64,000 nt of DNA from an uncultured Clostridia bacterium (GTDB lineage: Bacteria; Bacillota; Clostridia; TANB77; CAG-508). The stretch is from contig OV788638.1 in assembly GCA_928721565.1 (NCBI GenBank), positions 204,348 to 268,347 on the forward strand. The letters are read 5' to 3'. The position numbers and the translations under genes are program-made. A model generated the notes under the pieces. The model was not told where the DNA came from. It saw nothing but the letters and a program-made list of their open reading frames with translations, and made no database searches. Position 1 is the first letter of the stretch. Every line of letters starts with the position of its first letter. This document shows positions 62,362-64,000 of this stretch, one piece after another.

Positions 62362-63042
62362 TTAATTTATTGTTGTGCTTGTTTTTCCAGTTCCAACTAC
62401 ATTTTCTTGCAACGACCTCCATGTATTACATCCTACTATTCCATCTGCTGACAACCCTCTTGAACTTTGATATCGTTTTACTGCATTCACTGTTTGTGTT
62501 CCAAACACTCCATCTAGTCCTCCAGTTCTATAACCCAATGTATTTAAGTCATCTTGTGCTATACACACATAATTTCCTCTGCTTCCCTGTCTTATTAATG
62601 GATATCCTCCGCTACTGCATGCTGGTGTTCCAAATCTTCTATCAAAATGTACCCATGTTGGTGAAAATGAAACAGGTTCAACGTATGTCCAAACTCCAGA
62701 ATTTCTGGCACTGTTTCTTAAAACATTTCTTTGTGAATTTGTCAAGTTCTGTCCAACATCAAATGCAGTTCCAGCATAATGCTGACTTTGGCTTCCATGT
62801 CCACCTTCATATGGTCTCTTAAATGCAAACCCAACATATATTGGTGCACCATATATATATCTTTGACTATTCCATGCTTGCATTGTTCTTTTATCTGTCC
62901 AGAGTATATTACTTTTACTTGAACCTCTAAATTCTCTTACTCTTAAAGTATTATTAGTATTATACGGCATTGCTTCACTTTCTCCTCTAAAGAAAGTTTC
63001 CATTCTATTTGTATCTTGATTATATACTAAAATTTTTGCCAT
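62362..63042 (-). CDS. Peptidase M15 (VanY / D-Ala-D-Ala carboxypeptidase-like, LAS zinc peptidase) with a C-terminal peptidoglycan-binding domain
   Basis: SQHYAGTAFDV is the SxHxxGxAxD zinc motif. VEPVSFSPTWVHFD. The C-terminal PG_binding_1 pattern is LGYRTGGLDGVFGTQTVNAVKRYQSSRGLSADGIVG. Confidence 0.7.
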   Translation of the reverse strand: MAKILVYNQDTNRMETFFRGESEAMPYNTNNTLRVREFRGSSKSNILWTDKRTMQAWNSQRYIYGAPIYVGFAFKRPYEGGHGSQSQHYAGTAFDVGQNLTNSQRNVLRNSARNSGVWTYVEPVSFSPTWVHFDRRFGTPACSSGGYPLIRQGSRGNYVCIAQDDLNTLGYRTGGLDGVFGTQTVNAVKRYQSSRGLSADGIVGCNTWRSLQENVVGTGKTSTTIN

Positions 63043-63098
63043 AAAAAAACTCCTTTCATAATATATCTTTATATATTATGAAAGGAGAATGTTTTTTG

Positions 63099-63848
63099 TT
63101 ATTTTTTCTCAGTACACTTTACTATTACTCTCTGTTTTGCATCATCTGTACATGTTATTAATGTGACCTCTCTTTTTCCATTAGTATATTGCGTTGTATC
63201 AGATCTATCATTTGGGTCAACCGTATGTAAGTCATATACTTCATATTGAACAGTTCTTTGACTTAAATCTTGTATTTCTACTATATCTCCTACTGTTAGT
63301 GAAGGAACGTCGCTAAAAAATACACCTTTTCTTCTATAATTATGTCCAATTATGCAAAGGTTACCTACTTCGTTAGGATTAGCTCCCCAAAATTTATATG
63401 GTGATACTTTCATAACTTCAACATTTGTCGTTTGTGCTAATATTGGATAACTTATATTAATTTTCGGAATTTTTACCACTCCTATGGTTTCATATTCTTT
63501 TCCATCTGAAGCAACATACTTTGAACTGGCTGTGGCCATATTAAGTTGTTGTATATTAGAATTTTCATTTGTTTCGTCCATTTGTTCTGCAACTTCTTGT
63601 GTTATTTTTACTACTAATGCATTAGTATCTGGTCCAACAGTCGTTTTGTCTTTTTTATTCGTCAAGAAAGATAATATATCCCCAGAAATGCCTTCTTGTC
63701 TATTTCTATCATATTCAGAATACACATATAATCCAAACAATGTTATTATCATGAATATTGATATAAAAAACAATAATCTATATATTTTCTTTTTTCTTTT
63801 TAATTCTGGTGTTACATATATTTTTTCAGTGACCAATATTTGATTCAT
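63099..63848 (-). CDS. Sortase-family transpeptidase (second paralog)
   Basis: TM anchor, CIIGHNYRRKGVFF catalytic His and VTLITCTDD (TLxTC). The start is probably MNQILV at 63848; the track ORF extends to 63881. Confidence 0.75.
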   Translation of the reverse strand: MNQILVTEKIYVTPELKRKKKIYRLLFFISIFMIITLFGLYVYSEYDRNRQEGISGDILSFLTNKKDKTTVGPDTNALVVKITQEVAEQMDETNENSNIQQLNMATASSKYVASDGKEYETIGVVKIPKINISYPILAQTTNVEVMKVSPYKFWGANPNEVGNLCIIGHNYRRKGVFFSDVPSLTVGDIVEIQDLSQRTVQYEVYDLHTVDPNDRSDTTQYTNGKREVTLITCTDDAKQRVIVKCTEKK

Positions 63849-63867
63849 ATGTCCTCCTTTCCGAAAA

Positions 63868-64000
63868 TTATTGAGTAACATTCTCTATAGTAATATAATC
63901 AATTAACTTATTTTGTTCTTTATAAAATATTGAAACTTTGTATTTTTGGTCGTCTCCAACTTTTCCCAACATTTCATTAACTCCGTCTTGGTTTGTCTTA
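63868..64000 (-). CDS. C-terminal fragment of an unknown protein; the gene continues beyond the window end
   Basis: An open frame on the minus strand ending ...KVSIFYKEQNKLIDYITIENVTQ* at 63868. No motif is visible. Confidence 0.3.
   Translation of the reverse strand, partial: KTNQDGVNEMLGKVGDDQKYKVSIFYKEQNKLIDYITIENVTQ

Overview
This 64-kb window is an extremely AT-rich (roughly 27-30 % GC) chromosomal segment from a spore-forming Firmicute of the class Clostridia. Nearly all genes lie on the minus strand. From left to right it carries: a cell-wall polymer locus with a TagG/TagH-like ABC exporter, two paralogous GT2 glycosyltransferases and a large ChW-repeat protein with an M14-like peptidase domain; era-yqzL-recO; an isolated tRNA-Met followed by an XRE regulator and a Cys/Asn-rich membrane protein; truA, a CdaA-like diadenylate cyclase, pdp, rnhB, htrA, spoIIID, a divergent DnaB-family helicase, a short dprA, folD, ligA, a sortase, a HIT protein, a compact alaS lacking the C-Ala domain, gatCAB, ldh and a split transketolase with a lone PTS EIIA. 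A complete rRNA operon (16S, tRNA-Ile, 23S, 5S, tRNA-Asn) sits on the minus strand with three tandem sigma-A promoters upstream. It is followed by ymxH, sigG, hpt, ptsI, ptsH, fruA, fruK, a CarD-like regulator and dut. An IS481-family insertion sequence is flanked by 27-bp direct repeats. A tRNA-Leu carries a nested integration scar enclosing a GC-elevated Cys-rich orphan gene. The right-hand end holds rbgA, DUF1292, ruvX and ireB, preceded by an unusual three-gene operon: a small membrane protein, a 756-aa protein with a receiver-like domain, AT-hooks, 36-bp tandem repeats and a ParA/MinD-like domain, and a membrane protein with a degenerate GGDEF domain. Beyond a tRNA Phe-Asp-Val cluster lie an M15 peptidase with a peptidoglycan-binding domain and a second sortase. 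No CRISPR array and no intact prophage are visible. The most promising candidates for an undescribed system are the three-gene operon at 57.7-61.6 kb and the tRNA-Leu mini-island.
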